DNA from: Vermamoeba vermiformis
Taxonomy: Eukaryota
Length of the DNA stretch: 64,000 nt
Direction: 5' to 3'
Assembly: GCA_045837725.1 (NCBI GenBank)
Contig: JBEWZL010000056.1
Location: 310,001 to 374,000, forward strand
The translations under genes were made by a program, and so were the position numbers. The notes beneath the pieces were generated by a model. The model saw nothing but the letters and a program-made list of their open reading frames with translations. It was not told the DNA's origin and made no database searches. Below, one piece after another: positions 47,694 through 61,200 of this stretch. The number at the start of each line of letters is the position of its first letter. The first letter of the stretch is position 1.

Positions 47694-50600
47694 ATGGATG
47701 AAGTGTTGCGTTGTTTTGGTCCGATTTGCGATCCAACGGGCAATCCACACCGCGCCCAAGCAGAGCAGCGATTACAAGAGTTGTCTCGACAAGCAGGTAT
47801 AATATTGGCAATATTAATATAGAACATTGAAGCTGCTCTGTGCTTTGATAATTGCAAATAATAATTCTATTGACGGATCTGTCTTGGAATTATAACTGAT
47901 TAATTAATTATTATAGGCTACGCGCTAGTGCTGGCACAGATATTCATTAATAAAGAGCTTAATATCGATATTCGACAGATATCCTTTTTAAACGATTGTC
48001 AGATCCACTGCTGCGTTTCTCATTTAACCCGTTACAATCTCTTTGACTCGCACTCACCTCGCAGGAGTACTATTGCAGCAGTACATTCGGCACCATTGGG
48101 ACAGACGCAGCAGCAAGTTCACTGAGCCGCAGATCGGGGACGAAGAAAAACAGCTGATCAAGCAACAGATTCCCGCGTGTCTCGGTGACGCAGCACCCAG
48201 AATACGCACCACCACGGTGAGTGACTTGTTGAACAATCACGTGACGCTGTTCGTGCGAGTCGACTATTGACACGTGTCACAGGCTGTCGTGTTGGCCAGT
48301 ATCGCGCACTGGGATTGGCCCGCGCAGTGGCCAGGACTGATCGAAGAGCTCGTGAAGTGTCTGCAAGCACGTGACAATCCTAATTTGGTATCGGGTGCCA
48401 TCACAGCGCTGGACGAGTTCGCATCAGGCGGCAATCTCGCGAGTGAACACGTGCCACCACTGCTGCAAGTCATTTTCTCCAATCTGCTCGCCGTGCTGGC
48501 AAGTGGCAATCTCGTAAGTACTGTCCTGTGCGGGGCTATAATTAGACTCACCTCGACCAGGGCTTCGGAGAAATCGAGACAGCAAGTGCACTGCGCGTGG
48601 TGTTCAACTGCCTGGACTGGGTGGCGATTGTGAAGCGTGATCCTGACTTTGACAGCAGTGACAGCAATCACGTGACACTTGTCAAGACACAGCTGCAGCA
48701 GTGGGTGCCACAGTGGATCGAATATCTCCTCGCGAGATTCACAGCTGTCCCCATCACTGCCACCGGTCTGAATGTGACGGCGATTGTCACGTGTCAAATC
48801 TTTGCGCTGCTCATCAACGAATTTCCTAATGTGGTAAAGAAGTTCATGCCGCGCATCACTTCAGCGGTGTGGCAGTGTCTCGTCACCGCACAGCCCTTGT
48901 AAGTCACTGTTTGACACCTGTCACATGCGGGTCTGACACAGCTGCAGGTACGTCAGTCACGTGGTGCAAATCAATGCCCTGGAAGGTCACGAGACCTTCA
49001 GCGGAGGTCACCGCGTGGGTCTGAAAGTGCTGGTGTCCGATGCCATCGATGTGCTGTACGAGATCGCCCAGCGCAAACGATTCGTGTCGCTGCTGCACGC
49101 ACAGCTGAGTCCGCTGCTGGCCATGCTCATGTCATTCGCACAGCTCACCGCCGAGGAGAGCGAGGACTTTGAAGAGGCCGGTGAACAGCTGCTGGTCTCA
49201 GAGCAAGACGAGGGGCCCTATGGTCTCGGACTGCGCGCCACTGCTGCGGTGATTGTGCGCGAGGTGGTGGCATCCAGCGACGCGGAACTGCGTGCCACCG
49301 GACTGCGCGAACTGATGCAAGCACTGAGTCGCGTGATCAATGCCGCAGCTGAAGCCCAACAGCGTGCCGTGGAGGGCTGGTGGCGATCACGTGAGGCCGC
49401 TGTGTTCGTGGTGGGCGTGACGCTGTGCAGCGAGGACAATGTGCTGCTGCAGGTCGGCGAGCACTTCCAGCTCAGCTCATTCATTCAACAAGTCGTCGTG
49501 CCTGATCTGCACGTCAACGGTACGTACTGTCCTGCAGCTATAAATAGACACTCACACCCCGCACAGCCCACACCATGCTGCAGAGTCGTGCGCTGTGGTT
49601 CGGAGCGCGCATGTCCGCAGCGATCACTGGTGAGATGTGCATTCCCTTCCTGCAGCTTGCCGCGCACGTGCTCGCCAGACCACACGAGCCCCTCGCCAAG
49701 CGCATCAATGCCATGCGCGTCGTGTCGGCAATGCTGTCGCGCACGGGCACGGACAAGAATCTGATTCGCACCGTGCTGCGCAGTGTGATCGATGGCATGG
49801 CGGCACTGATCGAACAGCTCGACAAGGAGCTCATCTTGGCGGCACTCGAGCCGTTGGAGCAGTTACTGGCTGCAGATGAAGAGTCCACGCGCGAACACTT
49901 GGCCAAGCTGATGGATCTGCTGCTCAAAGTGTGGGCCAAGTTCCACGATGATCCGTACGCCTCAGATCTCATTCGCGGTGTGTAGTGGTGCTCGCTGAGG
50001 AGGAGCGGTGACTGATTCTATTTTTAGACTGCTTCAACACCCTCTGCAAACAGACCACGTGCTTGCCATTCATTCTGCAACATCTACCAGGGCCACTGCT
50101 GGCACTGCTGTCACATGAAGTCCCGGGTGTCGTTGATGTACGGTGCTAAAAATAGCTTTATATGCTGCTAATAATAGCTCCACAGACCTCCATGGCGATT
50201 GTAGGCTCACTCATCACGTACTCGACGTGTGATCAGCTCGTGGCTGCAAATATCGTGCAAACACTGCTGCCCCGCGTGTTCCAACTGATGCAGACTTCGA
50301 TCGATCGCTCCGTGCTCGAGTCAGGTGTCACTGTACTCACGCAGATCATTCGCGTGTGTCGCGACAAGTTGTTTGACTGGTAGGTGCTGCTGTGCTGCAG
50401 ACCCGATCACGTGACTGACAGGTGTCAATGTCAGGACGATAGCAGAGCACAATGCCGTGGCGCTGATTCTGAACATCACCGCACGACTGTTGGGCCCCGA
50501 GTTCAAGGGCATCGAGGCCCTCACCAACACGGGAGATCTCGCCACCAAGCTCATCACGGTGCTCGGAGCTAGACTCGGTGACACGGTGGTGCAGATGCTC

Positions 50601-51531
50601 GAAGCGGTGCTGCAAGCTCTACAGCGCGCGACGACCAGTCCCGTGGTGTCCACGCTGCTGGTGGTGTTTGCCACGCTGCTGATTCACCACCGCGCGCACA
50701 CACTCGCCTTCTTGCACGCACAGCGTGTCACTGTCACGCAGCCTGATCACAGCACGAGCACTGTCACGGGCCTCGAGTACCTCATGCGCATGTACGGACC
50801 TCATTTTGACACGTGTCACTTGTGGGCGTGACTAACGGTGACATGTTTGACAGGTGGACGCAGTTCAGTGAAGAGATTCATGGCTCATACCGTATCAAGC
50901 TCTGGTGAGTAGCACGTGACATGACCAAATAAGGCATACTGACCCCCCTGTACAGTTGTGTGGCACTCTCACAGCTCGTTGAGCACGCAGATCCGCTGCT
51001 CGATCAGCTGCAAGTGCCGGGTGATGCCCCGCCAGTGCAGGGTCGTCAAACACGTGCCAAGAAGGCGCAGACACAGCTCTACTTGGAACCACTCCGCGTG
51101 CGCATCATCAAGCTGCTGACACGCGACTTGGGCATTGCGATTGAAGACGAAGAGGGTGATGTGGAGTCCATTGACAGCCGCGAAGAGGACGACGATGATT
51201 GGCTCGCGGGCGAGGACGATCTCGATGCCATCACGGGTGTGGGGGCCAATGGTAGGTCTATATTTGGGCATTGCACTGCTCGGTACTCATCGCCATATTA
51301 GGCAAGTTGCAGCTGTTGTCAGATCTGCTGAACAAAGACGACGTGTACGATGAGATCGATGAAGAGGATCCAGATGTGCTCGCAGATCCGATCTACAACA
51401 TCAATCTCCGCCAGTATCTCACCGAGTTCTTCCGTCGACTCGCTGGCTCCAACCGTCAGCTGTTAGAGAGCAGTATGGCAGCGATGAATGAGGGTGATCG
51501 TGCCACACTACAAATGCATGTATTTAAATAA
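47694..51531 (+). CDS. IPO9: Importin-9
   Basis: IBN_N motif R.QAEQRL...IRQ|LAGVLLQQYIRHHW, IAHWDWPAQWPGL, WWRSREAA, acidic loop, and C-terminal EEDPDVLADPIYNINLRQYLTEFF. Confidence 0.92.
47979..48057 (+). other. U12-type (minor spliceosome) AT-AC intron in importin-9
   Basis: 5' site ATATCCTTTTT, branch-like TCTCTTTGAC ending 10 nt before the terminal CAC. Removal restores in-frame IRQ|LAGVLL. Confidence 0.85.
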
Positions 51532-51866
51532 TAAATAACCGCGAGCAATGTACTCGCACATGTAATTACAATACCATATTTGGTAATGATCACGTGCTTG
51601 CTGCTGTTTCTCAGATCGAGCGGTGACATTGATTGTTTGAATACTATAGTGCACTCGAGCACGTGTTGTTGATATTAACATGCGCAGATTATAATTAGGG
51701 ATCCATCCAATTAACTCGTAAGTGTTGGTATTAGAAACAGTTACCGTGATTGAATAATTTTCCGAACATAATTTATTAATTTATACGATTATTTATTATA
51801 ATACATAATACGTTTATGATGTTGTGATGTTTAATGCAACTAATTATTTTATTAATTTTTCAGATC

Positions 51867-54800
51867 ATGGCATTGCTAATCGCGCGTTTAACGCAAAAAA
51901 TTAGCAAGGTGACGAGATTAGCAAGTCCTATATTATGGACCAAAAATGTAAGAGTGCAATCCAGCGCAAAACGGTCGTGTCAGATCTGCATCCGAGCGTC
52001 GCTAACAATACCACTGCAGGTGCGATATTCCACGCAAACAGTATTCACCAATGCGCGCAAAGTACCAGCACACAAACAGCGCGACACCAAGTTCACGCGA
52101 CCAGCCTTCAAATCCGAGTCAGAACGCACCTATCAACAGCTGTACAATCAGCTGATCGAGTCGCAGCGCAGCAATGACACCGCGCGAGTGGAGCACCTAT
52201 TTCAGACCATGCGCGACTCACCGCACCTCAACTACTCGCTGTTCAACAGCATGGTAAGTCACGTGTAGCAGCAGATCTGACGCGCACTCACACCACCCCC
52301 GCAGTTCCAGTACTATCTGACCACGCAGCAGTACGACAAGGGCGTGCAGCTCTACAAGTCAATGACAGATCTGCTCGAGCGCACGAGCAACAAGTGGCTC
52401 ACACCGCGCATCACAACGGCCGTGCTGGTGCTCGAGCTGCTGATTCGTGCGCGCGAGATCACACTGCTGTACGAGCTGATCGATCTCAAACTCGCGGCCT
52501 ATCACATCACTCCACTCGATGACATTGTCTCGTATGTATCGCCACTCGTACCGGTGCATTGCCTAATATGGTAATTTGACAGCGTGTGTCTCAAGCACAA
52601 CATGCCCGAAGCAGCAGTGCGCGTCGTAGAGTCGAACAAAGCCCTGCTGAACACCCCTGCCATGACACATCTGATTGTCAAACTGGTACGTGATGAAAAG
52701 AATTGACGTGTCATTTGCATCGATTGACACGTTGACAGCTGCACGCAGGCAATGAGAGCGAGGCCATGAAGTACTACCGCCAGATGTGTGTCGTGGGTCC
52801 TGCGCCCAATGAGATCACTTTCCGCGAACTGTTGCTGTTCTTTGCCAAAAATAGACACATGGAGCGCGTTGTGCAGCTGTTGCACGACATTTACGACCAC
52901 AAATTCGTGCTCGACTCGGGCACGTACACCAATGTGATACGCGTGAGTACTGCTCGCCCATTGATGTCACGTGACTGACCACAGTGCCACAGCTGATGGG
53001 CATGGAGAATGAGAGCGAGACACGTGCACTGCTGTCGCCGCTGATTCACTCGCACCGTGCAGACACGCGCACCTTCAACATCATGCTGGCACTCAACAAG
53101 GACAACAAGCTGCCCGTCGACTACTCGCTGCGCCTCTACGGCACCATGCTCGCGGTACGTACCACTGCACTCGAGGTGTGACGCGCTAACCAGCACTGCA
53201 GGAACACGTGCGGCCCAATGTGATCACGTACAACACGCTGTTCAAGCTGCTGCACGACGCAGGACGCACCGAACACTTGCCGCGGCTGTTGCAAGAGATG
53301 CGCAGTCACGGCGTGGAGTACAACGAGTACACCTACGGCATATTGGCGCATGCGTATGTGCGTGCTCGCCAGTACGACCTCGCGATGCAGACTCTGAGCG
53401 AGGCTGAGTCACGTGGTGTGCGCGTCAATGTGGAGCTGTGCAACATAAAGCTGATGACGTACCGCGCACAGGGCGACATGACCAAATTAAGACAGTTGTT
53501 CTTCATCGACATGCCACGTGCCAATGTCACTCCCGACGCCTATTCGTGGTCAATTCTTCTCACCGCTTCGTTCAAATACGAGTACGTAACGATCATTGCC
53601 TAATTTGGTAGCTGACACTCACCGATCGATAGACCGATGGAGGACGCGGAAAAACTCGTCGAGCTGTTGCACAAGTAAGTCAAGTCCAAATAGTTGTTCC
53701 GCGCGATGCTCACGTCCAAAAATAGATCGAATGTCGCCAAGTCAGTGGTGAATGACGTGCTGTACAGTCACATGATTCACATGTACAAGCGCAAAGGTCA
53801 GAGCGACAAGATCACGCAGCTATATTTAGAACAGATCAAACCGCGGAACAAATCGATCGATCGACGCCTGCACGCAGATCTGATCGACGCGATGCCACCC
53901 TCACTGCACCTCGTGGAGGTCATCAACATGGCCATTACCAAATATGGTGATTTTGTGGTACCTTTGCCAGTATTTCACGACACCATTCGCTGGCTGCGAC
54001 AAGAGCGCGCCTTGACAGAGCTGCGACAGTTGTTCCGCACCCTGTCCATCATGGGTGCCAAGTGTCACTTGCCCTCGCAGACCAAACTGCTGGCTGACAC
54101 TTACGGTCACGTGCTCCTCGCCCTGATCGAGAACGATCAATCTGCCGCGGAGATTTATGCCGTATTTGACCAAGCGGCCGTGCAGAAACTCAATCTCGCG
54201 GGAGATGTGCTCGGATCATTCGTGAATCTGCTGGTGACACGCGGTGACACTTCTAACTTGACACGTGTCATCACACTCATTAGCACACATCACGTGACAC
54301 TTTCAGCGACGATACTGTCACATGTCATCGTCTTGTTGGCTAAAAATAATCTCTGGCCAGTCATTCAACAATTACAGCAATTAATCGAGGAACAATTGCC
54401 TAATTTGGAAATTGAAGCCATTGAACACCTCATTCGCATCAGTGCCGCCAATCAGGACAATAATTTAGCTCGTGCTGCCAATGAAGTCTACAAGTCACGT
54501 GTCACAAGTGTCAACATGTCACTCTTCAGTGTGTTGCTCGCACTTGAGGCTGAGAATGGCAGCAAAGCTATTTTGAGCTTGTTAGAGCGCGCTCAGCCTC
54601 CATTCCCAGTGATCACGTGCTCTGCGGAAGAATTGAAGCTGTTGCTGCGTGTTGCGGCGGAACAACGCAAGTTAGAATGGGCGCAAAGACTGATCGCGCA
54701 CAACACTGCCGTCACTGACCCTGCAAGAGTGAGCTGGTTCGTGAAACACTTGCCTGTTTTGGACAGCGAGTCAACACTGTTGGCTTTCACTGAATGGTGG

Positions 54801-55094
54801 CAAAGTCACGTGCAGCCCTTGCAAGGTGACCAGTACGTCGCACTGACCGAGAGTTGGGGTCGCTTGAAATCCCTCAAACACGCCATCGCTGTCTATCGCG
54901 CGGCAGAGCAACACCAACCCGCAGCTTTGGCGAGTGTCGCAAGCGCACTGCTCGACGTGTTTATTCGCGCACAACTCTTGGCACTGCGAGCTCGTTCACT
55001 GCAGACGCAACTGTCCAATCTGAGTGCCGCGCAAGTACACGAGGCCGTGCAGAGTCTGATACGCGAGAGCGAACAACAACAATCAAGCAGTTAA
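51867..55094 (+). CDS. Pentatricopeptide repeat (PPR) protein, predicted mitochondrial
   Basis: Tandem ~35-aa motifs PNEITFRELL, PNVITYNTLF...EMRSHGVEYNEYTYGIL and PDAYSWSILL. Basic N-terminal presequence. Confidence 0.85.
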
Positions 55095-55235
55095 TATTCA
55101 ATGTGCATAGTAAAACAACGATATTTAAAATAAAGCGAAGAATTTGAATTTAACATTTGTTTTATTCTTACACACTATCAACTACACATTAAGCGACGAG
55201 CAAGAGAACTTGTCGTCGTAAGCCACAAAGCAGGC

Positions 55236-57229
55236 TTAGATCTTGAGGTTGTAGTTGGCAGCAGCTGAGCCAGGGTGAGCCTTGGCGTACCAAACGAGCA
55301 CGGCAACAACGGCACCACCGACGAAACCAGCACCACCAACACCAACGAAAGCAACACCCCACCAGGGAATGAGAGGGTTGACAGTCAATTGAGCCTTTTG
55401 AGATCTGTTGGTGAAGTTGTTGTTACGAGTGGAGTAGTAGTTCCAAGTGCCAGTGTTGCTCATTTGAATGACACCACCGTTGAAGTAGGCAGAACCAGCG
55501 TTCAACTTGTTGCAGTTACGAACGTCTTCGTTGGGGTTGTTGACTTGACCACCAGTGATTTGGTCTTGGGTCAAGCAGCAGTCAGTCGAAGTGACGGAAT
55601 CGCACCACACGGTGGGTTGATCGACGTGGGCAAAGCGCTCCATAATCTCACGAGGCAAGAAGGTTTGCTCGTCGAGAGAGGCAGGGTAGTTACGACGACC
55701 CTGGTTACCCTTCAAGATGACAAAGTTGTGACGATCAGTCTTGTCAGTACCCTCACCAGCAGCGTTGGCTTGGTTGAAGTCGCAACCAGTCCATTGGAAG
55801 TGAATGTAGTCACCTTGGTTGACTTGCAAGTTGTTGGGAGTGAAGTCGTACTCGGTGGCGGGGTAGCATTGAACGATGTTACCACGACGACCACGGACAG
55901 ACAAGTTGATGATACGGCCAGAGAGAGGCAAATCAGCAGGGCGGGGCAAGATGCGGAAGATGTGAGATCTGTCCTCGAAGGTACGACCGTATTGGTTGGT
56001 GTTGAGAGCCAAAGTGTAGTTCCAGTCACCGACAACAACAACGGGGTTTTGCTTTACAGGGGAGTTCTTGTCGTTGTAACGGGCATCAATCATGTCGGCG
56101 TTACCCTCAACGTGTTGCCAAGCATTGTAGTCACCAGAAGAGATGTTGTAACGGAGACGGAAGACGCAGTTTTGACCCTCATCAGCAGAGGACAAAGTGG
56201 GGATGACCCAACGGTAGATGTTAGTCATACCAGAGCGAGTGTTACCCAAGTGGTTGTCTCTGTTCCATTCAGCGGAGACGCAGTCAGGAGCAGCAATACC
56301 CCAAGCAGGGTATTCGTCCCAAGTACCACCAGCAGTCATGCAGTCAACTTGGTTGTTCCAGTCGGGAATAGAGCACAAGTTACGGGGCTTAACGTTTTGA
56401 GACTCGGTCTTGTAGTAGTTGCAACGAGCAATGTTGGAAGTGATGACGGCAATATCCTTCCATGGGGCAGGGTGCCAGTAAGGATAGTAGTCACGCTCCT
56501 CAGGGCATTCGTAGCCAGAACGAGCACCGTTGTTGTTTTGACGAGTGTTGGTAGCAGGACCGTTGGGGTTCAAGTTACCACGGAGGATGCGATCAGCGGC
56601 GAAGAGACCATTGTTGCGGTGACGAGTAGAGCAGTTGATGTAGAACTCGTAGCTCTCGTGCATACCGTACAAGTACTCTCCGTTGGCGTTCTTGTTATCG
56701 CGAGTGTCATCCAAGGGGATACGCTCGTCAACAACACCGTCGCGGAGATCAGCACCGCACATGTATTGCAAAACAAAGTTGCAATCAACGTTATTGTGAC
56801 CGGTACCGCAACCGTGTTGGGCGGTCCATTCAACTTGAAGGATGGATCCGTAGTAATAAGTCATAGCCTCACCCCAGCAATAACCACCAGCGGCATTGTT
56901 TTGGGTATCCATAAGTCTGTTTAATCACGATATTAGTAACCATAATTTCCTTAGTTGAGCGATAGTCTTTATCGATTTATAAAAAGATTTTGATCAGCGC
57001 GTCAAATCTGATTTGACACGTTCACCGAACATACGCATATTAGAATATTGAAGCTGCTTACGGTCATCAACTCAATATTATTAGTCATATTTACATACCT
57101 GTTTTGAGTAACAGTATTTCTGGAAGGAGTATTGAGTCTGTTGTTAGACATTCTAGGCGAGTGACCATAGACGTCGGCCATAGTGCCGGCCAAGAACAGA
57201 CAGATGACTAATAGGACAGCCTTCAACAT
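55236..57229 (-). CDS. DD3-3-like secreted/type I membrane protein
   Basis: Signal peptide, DVYGHSPRMSNNRLN...R|LMDTQNN.AGGY, EWTAQHGCG, GYECPEERDYYPYWHP.PWKDIA, VRGRRGNIVQ and STRNNNFTNRSQK, with a C-terminal TM. Matches my recollection of Dictyostelium DD3-3. Confidence 0.8.
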
Positions 57230-58279
57230 GCTATCGATGAATAACGTTAGTAAGTTTTATTCTAATTGCAAAACAATTAACGACTTGGAAAATTAACTTG
57301 TAAAAACATAGAATTTGCACAGTAGACATTTTGACTTTACTTACGTTGTGTTGGATCTATCGTGTGAGTGTAAAAAGTTTGATTCCAGTTCGAAAGATTG
57401 TCTTTTATGTTTTTTTTTTCGCGTGACAATTTTTTTTTCTTTTTCCTAATATTTGTGCATAAAAAAAAAAGTGTCAAACACACGCTCGCGGAAGAAATCT
57501 CACTCGAATCACAGTTCGGGACAAGCAACAGAAATCCATCGCGCAGGCCTTTGCAGAGTGCACTATTGTACCGTACAGCTCCGTCAAGCTTCTGTAACTG
57601 GCTCTTATTACATGATTCAGTTATGAGCATGTAGCGCGAGGGTATTGTGGCGACAGTTGTGGGAGTTAAATTTTAGCTTGTTAGTTATGTCATTCGATAT
57701 CTTTTGGTCGCGATACCTGCGTTTTGGCCCGCAGAACCACCAGCTAGTTGTTTTGGACTTATCGAACGAAATGTAACTCTCTTTACCATAATAAGCTGCC
57801 GTACGTTGCGAGTAAAATTTCAGACATCCAAAACGCCGATTAATCCAACTCGAACTATGAGTAAAGCTTGGGTATTATCGGCTCAATAATTTTGTTTCGC
57901 AAAGTTATGGAAATGTTGTTCGGTCACACAGGCCAGAGCGTATATTTATACCGGTAGCTTTAAATATTACGTATCGGTCATGTAAGAAATCATATTATAC
58001 TTTACCAGTAGGGTTAATCCCGAACTTAAACAATAGATTGGGTTCAAATCCAAATTTCGAGAGCTCAAAAATTCTAGAATGGTGTTTGTGTTGATGTAAT
58101 CAATTGTTAACTTGTGCAAGTAGCTTGTGATGTGTCGCCAGTCGTGTTGGTTTGGAAGGAGGACAAGCAAACAAACTCCAACCATTTTTTTCACCAAACA
58201 AGCACAGCACAAGCCAAAGCCATTGGTTGTAGTGAACAATGAAAAAAGTTGTTGATATATGAATTAACGATACTTATTG

Positions 58280-61200
58280 ATGGCTGACTACGAGGGTAAG
58301 TTAGGTTTTTTAAGTATCCCTGTGTCTGCAAGGAATGGTGCAAATTTATTATTATTATTTTTCTCGTATAACATACGCATGTGTGACCATGTATTTGATT
58401 GAAAATAGATCAATTGAAGTATAATAATTTTTTATTTTTTCCTAGATCTGCTTCAACAACTCAGCAACGATGATTGGACCGAGAGGAATAAGGCAGTATT
58501 ATCTCTTGGAGATGACAAATACAAGTATAAAAACAAAGTCCTTGATTCGTTGATTTCCATGTTAGATGTGGAGACTAAAACTCAAGTGCGCAAGAACATC
58601 GTTAAAGTGCTTGGTAATCTTCAAGCCAATCGAGCAGTCCCCGCACTTGAAAAAATAATTGCTGATCGCAAGGAAGAGACACGTGTTAGATCCATGGCAC
58701 AAGTCTCGCTTGACAAACTGCGTAGAACCACAACCACAAGTCAAGCATTCACAGCAGTGCCGCACAATTCAAACACAACGTTCTGCGTACCAGCGACAAC
58801 CAGCGGACCACAGAGTCTTAAGCGTAAGCTAGACTTCGAGACGGGTTCAAACAAATCAGCCAAGACAAGTGTCAAGACGTCACCGAGCAAAACGGTTGAT
58901 AGTTCAAAGAACAAAGAAAATGCAACCAACGGACACGAGTCAAATGCCAAGTCTACGGAAAATATTCGTCCAGCTCAGAATAGCAGTGGTGAAGTCAACA
59001 AATCACCCTCAAAACAGCTCACAAATTTCTTTGCAAAAGTCGACAAGACAACAGCCCTCACACCTGCACCCGTCAGTCCAAAGAAGACCGTAAACGAGCT
59101 AACACGTACCCAGCGAATGTTGTTAGAGACGGTCGAAGAGTTCCCTGGACTGCACCGCGATGTCATAATCGCGATATTGTTCGGCAACAGTTCCATCGAA
59201 AAGCAGCCCAACTACTCAGTGTTGAAGTGCTGGAAGTTCTATCGCAGTCTCAAACGACCATTGCACCGCGAACACGAATTGATAGACGACGTCGGCAGGC
59301 TGTTAGAGTACAATTTATTAACGAAGCATGAACAGCGGCTGTATAAATGGGGTGTTGATCTGACATCTCTTGGCACGGACAACGGAAAGGCAATGCCTGT
59401 CGAAGAGAACGCAAGGCCTGGAATTGCGACCTCGTTAGTTGACAGCACCGAGTCTGTAAATTTTGAACCGTCTGAATTAGAAGGCAAGAAAACGCTCGTC
59501 ACTGAAGAGAAGGATGTCACGATGAAGGATATTACTCGCTGTGACCAATTGGCAAAGAACACTAGTGAAGTACCTCCAAAACCAGACCAGCGCTCAACAC
59601 TATTAGCAAGCCAACAGATAGCCCGCTATCTGACGGAGTTCACCGACATCAAGACAGGTGAGACACAGGACGAAGAACACAGCGTGGTGAACACAGAGAC
59701 GTGTATCAAAAGTCAGCAGAGTACATTTCAAGAAGCCAGTTTGACCTTTGAAGAGCACACGGACGAATTTGCACTACGACTTCTCAACGAGCCACTCTCA
59801 GTGAGCAGCAGCAGCGCTTTTGTCACTGAGACCGAATATACGGCCAGCGAATCTGTTCTGAACTTGTCCATCAAGCAATCAACAGAAATTGTTCCGCAGC
59901 AACAAGAATCAACGGCAGAGACGTGCAGCGAGGTGTCTGCAGTGCCACTGATGCCTGCAGTGACACCAAACAAGGGCACTACAACCACCAGCCCGCGCAC
60001 TTCGCCAAGCCAGACCAGTCCAGTCAATGCTTTCGCCAAAATGATGCAGGCGCAGAAAACTAAGTCCTCGCTCGCCCCTGCATCTCCAGCACCTCGCGAG
60101 GTATCTAATAACGTCCCTCAAGCACCAGTCACTTCGCCCACTACTGTGCATTCACTGCCTTCATCGTTCAAAACGCGAGGGATCAACCCATCACTCAACC
60201 AACTGCAGCCTCTCAGTAAGTGTAAGTTTTAGACAGTGCCATATACTCACGTCATATAATAGGTTTTAGTAATCTCGAGGCCTCAGTAAGTCTTGTAAGC
60301 TCTCGTTCTGAGCTTGCAACCAGCACTTCAAAGCTTGAATCAAAGACTCCTAACATGCTCTTACAACCAAAACGGTCTATTAACCAGCCCCTGCCTGCTA
60401 TTGTAAGCAGGTCAAAAGATTTCAAAAAGATTCGTTTACTAACTAAAAATAGCAAAAAGTTACTCCATCCACAACACTAGGCACGCCATTGTCTTCAGAA
60501 CAACAGAAAATTCTGGACAAAGCCCTTCAAGGGCAGTCATTATTTTTTACGGGAGCAGCAGGTTTGTTTAACGACTCAGAAAGCAAGTCGACATCCCGAT
60601 CTGACACTTCAATCAATCAGGCACCGGTAAATCTTATTTATTGCGAGAACTAGTGCGAACGTTACGATCGAAACACTCCTCGGCGAGTTCAGTATTTGTC
60701 ACAGCTCCTACAGGCATAGGTACGGAGTTAGTCCGTTCAATAATCATTTAGAACTACTGACTGACTATATTAGCGGCTTGTAATATTGGTGGCTGCACTA
60801 TTCATTCGTGGAGTGGTATTGGATTGGGCCGTGAAAGTAAAGAGGCGTTGTTGAACCGAATACAACGTGTAGCAACGAATGTCAAGCGTTGGAAAGATAC
60901 ACGCGTGCTGATCATCGATGAAGTGTCCATGTTGAGTGCGGAACTGTTTGACAAGCTTGATTACATTGCTCGATCCATCCGTAAGCGCCCTGAGCCGTTT
61001 GGAGGCATTCAAGTAAGTCCCGACAGAACAGGACGTAGTATACTGATGCACTTGTTGCAGGTGATCATGTGCGGCGACTTCTTTCAACTGCCACCAGTCG
61101 GCGATGACGAGAGCGAAGGAGTGCGCTACTGTTTCGAAGCAGACTGTTGGTCTCAAGTCGTGCCTCATTGCTACGAACTGTATGTTGTTCAATTATCGTC

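Noticed and set aside
55275-56924. 549-aa plus-strand ORF antisense to the DD3-3-like gene
   Set aside because: In-register antisense shadow (Val/Thr/Ser-rich) of a codon-biased gene.
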